A stretch of 64,000 bases of DNA from Callorhinchus milii (Eukaryota), in assembly GCF_018977255.1 (NCBI RefSeq), contig NW_024704743.1, forward strand, positions 82,462,001-82,526,000. The letters run 5' to 3'. Both the position numbers and the translations under genes were made by a program. The notes under the pieces were generated by a model. That model saw nothing but the letters and a program-made list of their open reading frames with translations, did not search any database and was not told the origin of the DNA. Shown here piece by piece: positions 52,015 through 64,000 of this stretch; within the stretch, counting starts at the first letter, position 1; every line of letters begins with the position of its first letter.

Positions 52015-52149
52015 CTAAAGAAACTGAAGGTGTGCTTGCATCAATTGGTGCTGATATTGCTTCCATTCTTTCGCATTGAGAAACCTCTGCTGCAGAATTC
52101 TTTGGTAAAACGTGATAAAATGTGGGTGCAAATTTTGAAGAATAGCAAC
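52015..52149 (-). CDS. ATAD2: ATAD2 exon (GCYSSKFAPTFYHVLPKN..STPSVSL)
   Basis: attatag|GTTG..TTAG|gtgagt; 135 nt. Confidence 0.9.
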   Translation of the reverse strand, partial: VAILQNLHPHFITFYQRILQQRFLNAKEWKQYQHQLMQAHLQFL

Positions 52150-52400
52150 CTATAATAGTGAAAGCAGAATGAAAGCATTTGGATAAAATAAGTTCATCAC
52201 ATAATAATGATTCCATTCTCTTAAGCTCTCTCTTAAACATTCTTTAATGCCAAACCCCATTTAAGAGAGTTTAAAAGTTGGAAAGTAATCCAGGTGTTTG
52301 CCTGACACCTGCGACAGACAAGCTCTTCCACATTAAACATCTCTTCATTAAGTGAAAGAAGGTATGGACCACAGAAAGTGAACAAAGAAAAAAAAAATAC

Positions 52401-52523
52401 CTCTGTTCTTTCGAGATTCCACAATTTCTTCGCACACTTTTTCAAATTCTTCATCAAGTTCTGATTTTACAATAGCATTGGCAGCGTCTTTTAGAGCACA
52501 AGCTCTGTGTCTGATCAGACGGT
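52401..52523 (-). CDS. ATAD2: ATAD2 exon, bromodomain end (DRLIRHRACALKDAANAIVKSELDEEFEKVCEEIVESRKNR)
   Basis: ttctcag|ACC..AGAG|gtattt; 123 nt. Confidence 0.94.
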
Positions 52524-52544
52524 CTGAGAAATCAATTAGAGTAC

Positions 52545-53378
52545 AAAATTACATTTGTAAAGCGCCTTTCATGTCGGGCGGACGTCCCAAGGTGCTGAGC
52601 AGCCAGGGATGAGGGGACCTGAGCCGGTGGGGGTGGCGCAGGGCAGAGAGGGGAGGAGGGTAGTCAAAGAGGAGGGTCTTGAGGCGTGCCTTGAAGGAGG
52701 CAAGGGAGGGAGCGAGGCAAAGGGAATGAAGTTCCAGAGGGTGAGGGCAGAGAGGCTAAAGGCCCAACTGCTGATGGTGGGGCGGGCCAGGTGGGGGACA
52801 TGGAGCAGGCATTTGAATTCTTTAAAGTTCTGCCTGCTGACCAGAAGGAGCAGAAAGGTTGATAAGGGGTTAGGAGGTCGGAGTTAGGAGGGGGCAAGGT
52901 CATGGAGGACCTTGAAAGGAAAATAATTTTGAACTCGATCTTCTCAGGGATGGGAAGCTAGTGGAGCCAGGTGAGGGTGGCTGTGATGGGGTCACGAAGC
53001 CTGGTGCAGGAGAGGACATAAGCTGCAGAGTTCTGGATGATCTGCAGCTTGTCGAGGGAAGTCGGGGAGGCTGACAAGCAGGGTGTTGGAATAGTCGAGG
53101 CTGGTTGTAATGAAGGCATGTATGACAGTTTTGGCAACTTGAGGGATGAGGCAGTGGCGGAGTGGGGCAATGTTGTGGAGGTGGGGAAAGGCAAAGCGGG
53201 GCATGGCATGGATGTGGGGGAGGAAGGACAGTTGAGGGTCGAACAGACGTCTAGGTTCCTGACTGGCTTGGTGAGGTGGAGTGCGCATCCGTAGATGCTG
53301 ATGCTACCAGTATCTGAGGTACGGAAGCGCTGGCGTCAGCTAATCAGGTGAGCCTGGGTCTTGCTGACGTTCAACTGT
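52545..53378 (-). mobile_element. L2-clade LINE 3' fragment
   Basis: LFDPQLSFLPHI, HAFITTSLDYSN, LQIIQNSAA and tail. Confidence 0.9.
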
Positions 53379-53724
53379 TGGCTTTATAGATTAATCTCTC
53401 TGCCTAAAATTACATTAATTTTAGAATTCTATACACAAGATTAGTCACCTTTTATATCCTGTAATTTGACTTTGATAAACAGAAGTTTTATTGGCTACCT
53501 TTCAATGGAAAGAAAATTCAAGGTCATGCATCAAACTCCAGCACAGCGATTTCCTCAGATATAGAAATTTAACCCTTCATTCTACAGCATGCATTTGAAT
53601 TCTTAAAGTTCTGTCAAGATGCACTTAAAATCTTATTTTGGACATTGGAACTCTAACAGATTGGATACCAGACAAAAACTTGGTTTCTTTCTTCACTCCC
53701 TCCCCCACACCCCCATATACTCAC

Positions 53725-53884
53725 CTCCAGGATCTCGATCAGGATTGTACTCCAAAGCATTATTGCAGATTAATTCTACGTCTTGAAGATATTCTTTCAC
53801 TGTCATATATTTGTGAAGGTCAATGTTTGACATCACAGTAGAAAGGTCCATTGGTTGTCCGATGACAGTGCAGTAATCTGGAAC
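53725..53884 (-). CDS. ATAD2: ATAD2 exon, bromodomain core (VPDYCTVIGQPMDLSTV..NALEYNPDRDPG)
   Basis: atttag|GTT..GGAG|gtgagt; 160 nt; PMDL motif and the acetyl-lysine-binding Asn (YNP). Confidence 0.95.
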
Positions 53885-54329
53885 CTAAATTGTACAGTTA
53901 TGTTCAATACATTACATCACATTGCTGTACAAAATGTTCAACTTCTCCTCCAGATTCTCTTGAATTCTAAATTATTATATTCTCCAAGCAAGATGTCATA
54001 TAATTTGGATGATAGGAAGAGGAAAGGCTGTTCAGATCATCAGGCTTGTTACACCAGTTTAGATTACGGCAGACCGTTTAACCCATTCCCTTAATTAACA
54101 CCCTTATTTCCGCTGCATCTATCTATAGCAACATGGGAAATTTAAATGTAATGGATGAACAAGATAGCCATGAAAACATTGTCCGTTTGGTAACATGTCC
54201 CATCAAATGTAAATCCTACATGGTTAAAGCTAGGACAGTAACTGAAACTGAATGAAGCCTCCATATTTTCAATGTACAGAAACACAAACTTCACTACTAT
54301 ACTCCTTTAGAGAATGTTTTCAGGATTCA

Positions 54330-54675
54330 AGGAAGCCTGGTGTACAAAATCATGAGGGGTTTTGACAGGCTAGAGAGATTCATTCCACTAGCTAGGGAGT
54401 CAATAACTAGGGCACTTAGCCACAAGAGCGAAAAGAGAACTGAGGAGGAAATTTTTTTAAACTTAAAAAAAGTTGGTGTGTGGATTGTCCCCCTGAGTAG
54501 ATTCCATCGTAGTCTTCAAGAGAGAAGCAGACAGGCACATGAAATAGAGGGGCTTGAAGGGGGTTGGGGATAAAATAGGGCGTTGGGATTGAAGCAATTT
54601 TGTTGCCCCGTGAGCTGGTGCAGACTCGATGAGCTGAATGGCCCCCTTCTATGCTGTAGATTTCTATGTTTCTAC
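54330..54675 (+). mobile_element. CR1-clade LINE 3' end
   Basis: VYKIMRGFDRL..SITR and GAGCTGAATGGCCCCCTTCTATGCTGTAGATTTCTATG tail. Confidence 0.8.
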
Positions 54676-54991
54676 CTCAACTTCCAAAACTGGGAAGTGA
54701 ATCCTGACAGTGGCCAGGCATTTTATTGGTTTAGAATGGCACTTGATTACCTGAAGTAAAGGGATTATACTCAATTTCAGTGGCTTTTTGAATTTTTTCA
54801 TGCTGTTGGCAGGACAACCACAAACAGTATTTACCATTCTACCAGCAGCAAAAAATTAAGGTTATACGGAACCTTCAATTTGACATTTAATCAAATTGGC
54901 AATTATAAAAGATTTTAATTACAAAAGAAACATACATTTTAAATTGCGTTTCAATCAATCATTCGCGGGATGGCACGTAAACAATTTATAC

Positions 54992-55188
54992 CTCCTCAAG
55001 ATCTACAGGCTTCATGAAGGCTCTGAAGCGTTTATCATTTGCCAGTCGGAGAGTCACATCACGCAAGAAAAGCCTTAACTCTCGAAGAGTGCCTTCTTCT
55101 TCCCCTTCAAGCCGCTTTAGCTCCTCCTCGGAGAGACGTCGTGGTTCGGGAGGTGGTGCTACTGGAAGGACTTCCAATGCCTGAAACA
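54992..55188 (-). CDS. ATAD2: ATAD2 exon, bromodomain start (FQALEVLPVAPPPEPR..FMKPVDLEE)
   Basis: tttttag|TGTTT..GAG|gtataa; 197 nt. Confidence 0.94.
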
Positions 55189-55739
55189 CTAAAAACCCCT
55201 CCTTTAAAGTACAGTTATTTTCATATAAGCTACTAAGAAAAGAAAAAAATACTGTTCTTTTCAGATGCATGCAAATAAACAACATTTCATTGAGACTTTC
55301 CACTTAAGATTATATAATAGGCTATAACTTGATCTTCTTAATGGTCAATATCACTATTGATACGTATGGATTATTTCTCCCTCCCCCTCCGAAATAGAGT
55401 GATTCAATTCTTAGTTGCCAACTTTTTTCCCAAGTGGTCATTCTTCATGTGCAAACTCAGCTATTAGCAAGCTATTGGATTCATAGGAGAAATTACCTTT
55501 ATTTGCAAACTTGATGCAAGGGAAATTTGAAGACAGACCAAGAAAGGGAAATCAGAGTAAAGTGTCAGGATTTTACAATCTTACAAAGAGCTCAACAGTA
55601 TATTATGTACATAGGTACACTGACAAATTAACCTCTTCACAGATAAATCTAAGGGTCTTTACATATGTTAAAATAAGAGGCACATGTGTGTCATGATTTG
55701 GACAGCTGGCATTTCATGGGAGAAGAGACCTTGTTGACA

Positions 55740-56230
55740 TTTAGCTCATATTTGAGACAGCAGTAAACAGGGAATAGGAGCTGGGCTATAACGATCAAAT
55801 CAGTTGAGTTCAGATCTCGTGCTCAAATAGAGGGCTGCACCTGGAATACTGTATATAACTCTGGTCAACGTGACATCAGAAGACCCTGGAGGCAACACCA
55901 AGGAGAGCAATGGGGATGACCTAAGTCAACTAATTGAGCTAGGGCTCCAGCCTAAAAAAAAACAAAATTTAAAGGCACACAAGAAAGGAATGAGAAAGCA
56001 AAGTTGGGAGTACACAAGTTCAAATTGCGGTGATAATGTTAGGAGAAACCCTAAGAAGTACTTCTTTACATAGATGGTGATTAGCAGCTGGAATAAATTA
56101 CCAGACGGAATAACGATTAGGACAAAGTACATTTATGAAACAGCTTGATGGTATAAACAAACAGTAGGGCTGGTATTCCGGAAGGCTGAAATCAATTTGG
56201 TTAAAGGGCGTTTTTCATCTGAACTCTTTC
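55740..56230 (+). mobile_element. CR1-clade LINE fragment (old)
   Basis: KYFFT..VISSWNKLP motif and degenerate ORF2 end. Confidence 0.6.
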
Positions 56231-56537
56231 TTGGTGGATCATGTCCTCTCCTGCTGTGCAGTTCCAGGAAGGGTCACTGAAGAACATTCAGAGACCTTTG
56301 TAGTTAGTCGCAGTGAAAGATATAGAATTATATTGATGTTACCCAGGAGATTAGTTTATTAGATCAAAGAGCAAAATCACAAAGTTCAAATTCCTAAGCA
56401 AATTTTGAGACCTACAAAATCTTTGAAATTCAATACTTGATAAATAATTTGATAATCTGCTCAAATACCACACATACATATCAGTGCAGTGACGTGCTGC
56501 AATTTTTGTGCTTCTGCAGCACAAACTCTTAACTTAC

Positions 56538-56673
56538 TGGCTTTTCTTTTTGATGATGGGGGCTTGGCAGCCTGTCTTAATATAAGATCTTCAAAGAATT
56601 TCTTTCTTTCTTCACTGCCGGGAAGCTGGACATTGAAAACTTCTCCGTAATGACAAAGAAACATCTCTTTCAC
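56538..56673 (-). CDS. ATAD2: ATAD2 exon (VKEMFLCHYGEVFNVQLP..KRKA)
   Basis: aaaag|GTG..GCCA|gtaagt; 136 nt. Confidence 0.92.
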
Positions 56674-57300
56674 CTTTTAAAATAATTAAAAAGAGGCACA
56701 TAGGTCAGATGCAAAAACAGCAGATGGGTTGGAATTAATTTCAAGCATGTAATAGTCATAGGGTTTTGACAGTCTAAACCACAGAAAGGTTGAAATAGAA
56801 GTGGTACGCACAATTTAACATTTTGTAATTTGAATGATTACGTTGGTCAGGTTCTTGGCTTGGTGTTCAAATCCCTTCACTCTCTGACACCTCCCAACCT
56901 AAGTGTTAAGCAGTCTGAGATGCTACCCTGGGTGGAGGGCGCTCTATAAGTGCAAGTTGCTGTTCTGGTATCTTTAGACAATTTGTGTTTTAGGAAGCTT
57001 ATCTACCAATTTTCTTATAAATGTAGATGGGAAAAGGGACAATATAAACATTGTGATGAAAGCACTTGACTACTTGGCATCATATGAAAGAAGGCACTGT
57101 AACCACAAAAATAGTGTGCTGGGAGAACATAATTATCTGTTTGAGCTATTGATCAACTGGGGCAATTGTATTATTTTAAAACAAACTTGTTTTGGTCATG
57201 CTATCCTTTATAGATGACAATCAAAACCTGCAAAGTGGTTTGGACTAGTTTAAATACTTTGTAACAAAATGTCAAGGATTGCAGCAAAAGGAATATTCAC

Positions 57301-57486
57301 CTCATCTGGCAGTTCAATGTGTGGGATGTCGCATGTCGCCAGCAGCAAGATTGGGGTAAATGAGGGAATGTCCTGAAGTAATGTAATGAACGTAGCTCTC
57401 AGGGTGTCTCCAATCGAATCCCACCAATGATGAACGTGAGGGATGTAGAGTATACTCGGGGCTGTCCTTCTTGCTTCTCGGAAAAG
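57301..57486 (-). CDS. ATAD2: ATAD2 exon, AAA2 (LFREARRTAPSILYIPH..ELPDE)
   Basis: gtcag|CTT..GAG|gtgaat; 186 nt. Confidence 0.95.
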
Positions 57487-57764
57487 CTGACAAGAGTAAA
57501 GAATCACAAAACTAACCAGGTAAAAATACTGACACTATCTTTACATAAGCAATGATTTTGCAAGGTAAGAACCAGTCATCCAATATAAATAATATTCTAA
57601 TTTAGATACTCTAAAGACTCAATGAGGAGCAACTTCTGCAACGTGTTGTCCAACAAGTATATAGTCTGCACTGGGACTCTTCCAGTGAAACCAATCCTTT
57701 ATATCATGGGTTATCCTCGATACTAAACTATGAGCCCAAATGTTATTCTCAGACAGTCCTCACT

Positions 57765-58170
57765 TCAGTGTCATCTTGCCTCAGAGTCAAAAGGTTGTGG
57801 GTTCAAGTCCCACATTAAGACTCTGAGCTCATAAAATCTAGGCTGATAATGCAGTGCTCCTCCAAACACTGCAATGAAATGTCTGAGGTGCTGTCCTTTG
57901 GATGAGATGAAATCAAGATCCTTTCTGCCTGTTTGGGTGGAACTGAAAGATGACATGGCACTATTCAACAGAGAATGGAGTTTTTCCCTTGGCTCAGAAT
58001 CCTTCAGGATAAAACTGTCCATTCACTTCATGGCCGTTTGTAGGACACATCTTTGCAAAAAGAGACTGTTTACAAATAAGTTTGCTTACAAAATCCAGTC
58101 CAGTAAATCCTGTTTAGTGCTGAGTCGTTGACAACAACTTGATATGGTTCTATATCAAATGAAAGCATTA
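57765..58170 (+). mobile_element. Deu-domain SINE family B
   Basis: CTTGCCTCAGAGTCAAAAGGTTGTGGGTTCAAGTCCCAC head and ATGGCACTATTC core. Confidence 0.78.
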
Positions 58171-58510
58171 TCATCACTACATTATTCTGTGATAACCTGA
58201 TATGTGCAATCTGGAATATATTCCTATTTTCATGTCCACAATGGGGCCCAACCCCAATTATTACCGTTATTGGGCTCATTTCAAGTGGAGTGATATTGGT
58301 TATCCACTAGATAGATTTTAGATCTTGCAATACACTGGAAAACATCAAATAAATTCAAATAAAATTGTAGTAAAACGTCTGCCCAAGTTTGAATCATTCA
58401 GAATATAAAGTTGGCTCCATAATACACTCCTGGTATAGCTCAAGTCTATTTACAACATAGGATGTAATTATGGACCCACGGTATCCTACACAAACTGTAA
58501 GACATCTTAC

Positions 58511-58697
58511 CTGTGCACAGGTTTCTTCAGGTGATGTAGCACTAACACCATACAGGACTGGAAGATCAAATGTGTGAACGGTAAATTTTTCCAAGGTGTG
58601 AAGCAGTGCTGGAGCAAGGTGTGAACTCTGACCTGAACCTGGTTTTCCAGACAGTAATAACCGTGGTCGATAGGATGTTGGCTCATGATAGGCACGC
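58511..58697 (-). CDS. ATAD2: ATAD2 exon, AAA2 degenerate Walker A (RAYHEPTSYRPRLLLSGKPGSGQSSHL..ETCAQ)
   Basis: tttag|GCGT..CAG|gtaaga; 187 nt. Confidence 0.95.
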
Positions 58698-59104
58698 CTA
58701 AACAAAACGTTTTTTGCTCAAATAAAATATTAATACTCAGACATGAAACATTTACATCAATAAGTTAGTAGCAAAACAAAGATGTCTCAAATGTTGCAGA
58801 AAAATAGCAAACTTTTTTGCTCATACTTGCAATTTAAAAAGTACATCAAATTCAAGTATTAAAGGGAAAATACATCTGGGGAAGCACTTTTAGCCTCAGA
58901 AAGGAAGCTTAAGTTGGTTCTCCTTCCTCACTAGAGTGCCAGTGGGGTTACTGATGGGAAGCAATTCCATACATCCAAAGTGATGGAAAGCACTAAGTGT
59001 CAGCCTGGATTAGTTAGCAGCACTTTCAAGAGGCATGAACTCTGTTTGATTCAGAAACTCTTAAGCATGATGGTTTTCCACACATGTCAAGACACCCGAC
59101 TGAC

Positions 59105-59287
59105 AATAATAAATTGGTCATTTTCAATCCACGACTGTTTGTGGGACACTGCTGTGTACAATTGGCTGACGCGTTTAACCCACAAATATACAGTCATTCC
59201 ACTTTACAGCATATTCTGTGAAGCACTTTGAGACGTCTAGAAGTTGTGGAAAGTGTTATATCAAATGCAAGGATTATTATTTATTAT
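59105..59287 (+). mobile_element. SINE family A 3' half (similar fragments at 21928-22040, 23310-23472, 31168-31280, 39664-39796, 46027-46200, 49635-49750)
   Basis: GACTGTTTGTGGGACACTGCTGTG..CAAATGCAAGGATTATTAT. Confidence 0.85.
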
Positions 59288-59446
59288 AACAAAATTGACA
59301 GTAAATAAATACAAGGATACAGAAACTTCTCAAGGAGAGGTTGAAACCGCAGTTATCTGTGCATTCAATTTGCATCCACACAGCTGAGCTCGTAGTAGCA
59401 AGTTTAAAAATATATCCCACACCCCAAATCAGCGAAGTTTACTTAC

Positions 59447-59573
59447 CTACTAAAACAGAGGAAAGATCCTTTGCCTCCCTGCTTACTAGCTGATTTCTTA
59501 AGAGGCCCATTTTCAAATACTGATGGTTCTTCATCATCACTGTACATATCTTCTATTACAAGACTTGCTTTAC
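59447..59573 (-). CDS. ATAD2: ATAD2 linker exon (KASLVIEDMYSDDEEPSVFENG..FLCFS)
   Basis: ctaacag|GTAAA..GTAG|gtaagt; 127 nt; phase 1 to 2 fits neighbours. Confidence 0.88.
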
Positions 59574-60320
59574 CTGTTAGGTATAGTTTTCAAAAGGATT
59601 TTTTGTTATAGATTTGATACTATTCCACAAAGCTATAAGTTTTGAAAGATCTACCCTTTCCAAAAAAGAATTGGAAATTGTGATATTCCTGAAGACATTT
59701 CACTGCTTGAATTATTGCCGGTGGTGATGTAGAAATTGTAGTTAAAAATGTGCCCTCTTCTTTTTAAAAAAAGTCTTTAATGACAGCTTTAGGACTGAAC
59801 ACTTCCCACTTGCCTATAATGAGACTGGTTTCTCTCTCAGGTTTCAGTAAATTTGGCTGTTTTACAAAGAGATATTTTTTGATTTTTGAAATTGGGCTTT
59901 GAAGTCACAAATTGCAGTGCTGCCATCAGAATTTACTGTTAACAAATGGTGTGCCCTATGTCTCATGAGTATCCTTTAAGCAGTGGGTTAAATATACTAT
60001 CTTTTAGGATAATTTTGACACACTTTTGGTACAATTTGAGACAAGGCACAAAAGGAGTTGCATAGTCTAGTTGTCATAGATCTACAACCCAGAATTACCT
60101 ACAGAAAGGTCATGAAGATTACTGGTGTTGAAACTGGTAGGAGGATGTTTGTAGCGGATTCCGAGGGGAAATGCGGCTGCACCTTTCTATTGGCCCAGGT
60201 GATGACACACAACCTTAGGCAAGCACAAAAATACAACAACATGCATCCCCACATACATTATTGAACATTAACCCAGTAACCCATTGTTCTCTCAGATTTG
60301 AAATAAGTAGTAATCCTTAC

Positions 60321-60635
60321 CAATCTCACAGCTCTTTTTTAAACCTTGCTCTGCATGTGGGAAAACTTTCTTCAAGGCTTCAAGTATTTTATAAAAGGTC
60401 TTGTCAAAAAGTGGTCTGACAACAAACGATAGCGCTTGTCCAGGCGAGGATACCGCCCGCTGAGAAGCTGGCACAATCTTCTGCATGGCCATTACAAAGT
60501 CTTTAGCACTGATGTTAATAGAGGATATATCAAGTTGCAATTTCTCATTAGTGGTGTAGATCTGGGGATAACGGCGACGCAAGGCACACAGGGCTGCTTC
60601 AGTACAGACAGATTTAATGTCAGCACCACAATAAC
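60321..60635 (-). CDS. ATAD2: ATAD2 exon, AAA1 lid (GYCGADIKSVCTEAALCALRRRYPQIY..KKSCEI)
   Basis: cgcag|GTTAT..ATTG|gtaagg; 315 nt. Confidence 0.95.
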
Positions 60636-61037
60636 CTGCGGGTGAAACAAAGATGCTAGTGGCTACACATTTACATTCTTAAATATTCATCAGCAATGTA
60701 AAATCAAATGTAGCGCATTTTAAAACAAATCTTACATATATATGAATCAATTAATCAACAGGGTTAGTTCCTCCTCACTTACTCAGCCTCTAATTTTATT
60801 TTTTAAACTACCCCCAAGAAAATCGACTCTCCTGATCTTTAGGGGAAGGCAAAACCCAACGATGCTCTTGGAATCAATTAAATGTCAGGTCAGAATAAAT
60901 AGGCAAGAGTGTACCATTGTCATATTCCTGAAGGGTACTTCATCTCCAGTGTAGCCCTGCTTTTGGCAAAGGTTTCTTGGTCTTACAATTTATCTAGCTA
61001 GACACTGTTTAAAAAGACACCACTACAGGTATCAGGT

Positions 61038-61110
61038 ATTCCTCAACCTGGTCTTCAAACAAATGTAATTCTAGGAAACATATTCTTGTTTGAAGACCAG
61101 GTTGAGGAAT
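61038..61110. repeat. Perfect 25-bp inverted repeat with 23-nt spacer
   Basis: ATTCCTCAACCTGGTCTTCAAACAA (61038-61062) and TTGTTTGAAGACCAGGTTGAGGAAT (61086-61110). Confidence 0.95.
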
Positions 61111-61726
61111 TCACAAAACCTGCAGTAATTTTAGGAAACATTTCTGTTTGCCATGCAGAAGGCAAGGAATCTCTGTGAAGTAAAATGGCCTGGGCTGCAT
61201 ATCTATGATGTTTGGCTGCCTTTTGCTTCAGCAACTCCGCTGCCTGACTGCAATCGAATTTGGGTGTCTGGATTAACTTAACTCAAAGTCACAAGTATTT
61301 GAAGTATACCAAGCGAGTATAGTATAGCATTTCATCCCATTTATTCAGTTCTCAAAAAGTGAAGTTTTCTCTTGGCCCAAGACTTACTTTAATGCCTTCA
61401 AGCAATTCTAGATGTAAGATTGGTAAATGAAGAGGTAAAAACGTTTTACTCTCCATTAAATGCTCATGATCAGTTTCAATATTTCAAAATAAAATGGTTT
61501 CCAGAACTATTCTAATTTGAAGACCACGAGTATTTGCACAATATTATATATTTGCAGGAATCGTGGGATAATAGTCCCTCTTAGTTAAAGGATATTCCAG
61601 CTATTTCTTTTTGCAAGGTCATAGAATTACTAAAAAAAAACCTACCTATTTGTAGTTTCAATACTGGTTTTAAAACAAGTTCGAAAACAGATGTGGCTCG
61701 GGAGATGTGTCCAATTTATTACTTAC

Positions 61727-61817
61727 CCACACACTTTTCTCCCAGTTCATCAAGAAATGTATCTGATGGTTTGGGGTTCCAATCCCTTGTGTGAATTTTC
61801 AGGATGTCTTTGCGAGC
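61727..61817 (-). CDS. ATAD2: ATAD2 exon (ARKDILKIHTRDWNPKPSDTFLDELGEKCV)
   Basis: tag|GCT..GTGG|gtaagt; 91 nt; phases fit both neighbours. Confidence 0.93.
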
Positions 61818-62828
61818 CTAATAACAACCAAGTTCAGAAAAGATTACGATTTTTTCTAAAATTAAGTTGTTTTTTAATTTAAGTGTGGAGAGATCAGTCT
61901 CGGAAGCGACTCAGACTGCTTTCAGACAGCAATTAGGACAGCTAAATATCAAGATCGGTCAGAGAAGTATTTGCTAAGGCACAGGTGGTGCATTGTACAG
62001 TACGACTCTAAAGAGAAGATTGTTTTCTAAAAACATTTGTGTTTATATCTTTTATGTAAATGAATGTCTCGCATGAGTTGCCAAACACAGTGGCAAGGTA
62101 CCAATGAAGGAAATAAAGAGAATTGACATAAACATGTTGACCAAAGACACGGTCAAAGCAATATATTTCATAACAATTGTGAAAAGTGGTAGCAAAGCAA
62201 CGGGACGTTGCATGAGTGTGAGACAGCCATGATAGTTGAAGCCTCGACCACAGTTGGTGAAGCAAAGGGAGAGAAGATGAGCAAAGGGAAAGGAGAGAAG
62301 CAGATTAGCCAGAAGAGTGGAGGGTACCGGCTGGAAACGGTTAATGTATAAAGTGGGAAGAGACCCACTGAAGATTAGGATAAAGATCTTTAAAGTCTTC
62401 TTTGGTCAAGTTTGCAAGAAACTTGAGATGCAGCATTCTGGATCAGGTTAAGCTTCTGGAGAGGAATTAGGGAGGCTAACGAGGAAAGATTTGGATAGGC
62501 TAAGGCCAACAGAAGGATGGATAGGAATGTTAACAGCGGGGGAGTTAAGGTTACAAATGGATAATGTTCCAGGAATAGAAAGTGACAATCTTGGCAATGG
62601 ACCTACTGCAGTGTCTGAAATGCAGCTCAGATGAAAAAAATAACTTGGCAGTGAAAACGAAACATAAAAATGCTCTTTTGCAAAAATACGCCTAATTAAA
62701 TGGTCAATTTCTGTCTTAGGACATTATGCAATTTAAAAACATGAAATTTATTCCTATGATCATCAAATTACTACAATATAGATCCCTTTAGCTATGCTAA
62801 CTTAATTAAATAAGGCAGATATACTTAC

Positions 62829-62988
62829 ATCTTTGTCTGGCAGGCCAAAAAGAAATTCCCTGTCAAAACGCCCAGGCCGCCTTAAAGCAGGATCTATGGA
62901 ATCCAGTCTGTTCGTTGCCCCTATCACCACGATCTCACCTCTGCTATCCAATCCATCCATCAGGGCTAGTAAAGTAGACACTATAGAA
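62829..62988 (-). CDS. ATAD2: ATAD2 exon, AAA1 sensor-1/arginine finger ([53 protein letters not shown])
   Basis: tttcag|TTCT..GAT|gtaagt; 160 nt; second region of homology; not in the supplied ORF track. Confidence 0.95.
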
Positions 62989-63325
62989 CTGAAAAGATTT
63001 TAGGATTAAACCTTCATTTTGCTGTTCCATAATTTGAATTTTTTTAAATAAACACATGCATTCCTAGATTCTTAAGCTTACTACAACAAAGTACAGCAGT
63101 CCTTTATTGTGAAGAGAATACTTGTCACAATTTAGCTATGAAGTAAATTAAAGATGCACTTATCGTTAATAGTAGAATTCCTTGACACGGGACAAATTTG
63201 TCCGTTCTCCTGCATCTTAACCGCATTTTGCAGACAGAAGACATGCATTTTCCAAACAAGATTTGCTTGCTAAATCACTACCCAACAGCACGCCATAAGC
63301 CACTGAAGTTTTAAACATTACATAC

Positions 63326-63414
63326 CTATGTATCTGATCTTGCCGACTGGAACGGACAGGAGCCAAACCATCTACTTCATCAAAGAAAATAATTGAAGGA
63401 CGCATTAGGTAGGC
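63326..63414 (-). CDS. ATAD2: ATAD2 exon, AAA1 Walker B (AYLMRPSIIFFDEVDGLAPVRSSRQDQIH)
   Basis: tttaag|GCC..ATAG|gtatg; 89 nt; Walker B IIFFDE. Confidence 0.95.
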
Positions 63415-63889
63415 CTTAAAAAAAAAGACAGATTTTAAGTTCAGAGGGCAAAAGAATGTCACGTTCTGTGTAACATTTCAGCTGCTTTTACGATCAGTTT
63501 TATGCAAGAAACAACACGTATTGTGGAAAAACTATCAACTACAGATGAAACAAAAAACATCACCACATTTAGGAGCACCCAAACTAGACACAGTATGCCA
63601 CAACACATAGAAATTCCTGTGCATCAGGAATGGAAAGCACATTTCCCTGGAGGTTGCACTCCGTTTACCCAATTTCAAAAGGGTGGCAAGAGTCAAGGCT
63701 TGGGGTCCCTGTTTGTAGTGTGCACAGAGATAATGCTGGAATAAAACCAGAGTGCCTTGGAGAACTGCGCACCTCCCTGACTCAGGAAATGAACAACCAA
63801 AACCAGCACAGATTAATAATAGACCAAATTGCCTATATTGTCACTTTACTAAGTTAAAATACCAAATGTATTAGATTATCTCCTCTTCT

Positions 63890-64000
63890 ATCCCCATTCC
63901 ACTCCTTATCTCTCAGCTCCACCTCCTTGGCCCACATATCAGACATCGTCAACCTGTTCCTCTCCTCTGGCTCTATTCCCATTCCCCTAAAAACTGCCAT
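63890..64000 (+). mobile_element. L2-clade LINE internal fragment running off the window edge
   Basis: QLHLLGPHISDIVNLFLSSGSIPIPLKTA, typical of the region before the RT. Confidence 0.6.

Larger units (their letters stand above)
45835..63414 (-). other. ATAD2: ATAD2 gene span in the window (3' part, 16 coding exons; 5' exons outside the window)
   Basis: The exons splice in consistent phase into AAA1 (C-terminal part), AAA2, bromodomain and C-terminal domain, ending EMAREVDKFNPS*. Synteny with ZHX1 favours ATAD2 over ATAD2B. Confidence 0.93.

Noticed and set aside
58620..58655. Walker A lacking the lysine (GKPGSGQS) in ATAD2
   Set aside because: A degenerate second AAA domain is a known ATAD2-family property.
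1..64000. CRISPR arrays, rRNA or prokaryote-type systems
   Set aside because: The window is intron-exon vertebrate DNA with no regularly spaced repeat-spacer array and no rRNA-like sequence.

Overview
Vertebrate genomic DNA. The repeat content (L2 LINEs, Deu-domain SINEs, CR1, Penelope-like elements) suggests a cartilaginous fish, possibly a chimaera; this is inference. Two minus-strand protein-coding genes lie in the same order as in human. ZHX1 has a 920-aa ORF in one large exon (14460-17222). The 3' part of ATAD2 is present as 16 phase-consistent GT-AG coding exons (63414 down to the stop at 45835), encoding the end of AAA1, AAA2, the bromodomain and the C-terminus; its 5' exons lie beyond the window. 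Between the genes are a 25-N gap and a decayed pogo/Tigger (TIGD4/6-like) transposase on the plus strand. The rest is intronic or intergenic and rich in repeats. The most unusual signals are: a 185-bp TSD-flanked fold-back element with a minimal hammerhead-ribozyme-like core, whose Penelope-like parent fragment is also in the window; a mosaic tRNA/CORE-like/Deu/L2-tail SINE with its partner L2; inverted SINEs bracketing the whole-ORF ZHX1 exon; a perfect 25-bp intronic hairpin; and templated-duplication scars. Exon boundaries were read by eye and repeat boundaries are approximate. No database searches were run.
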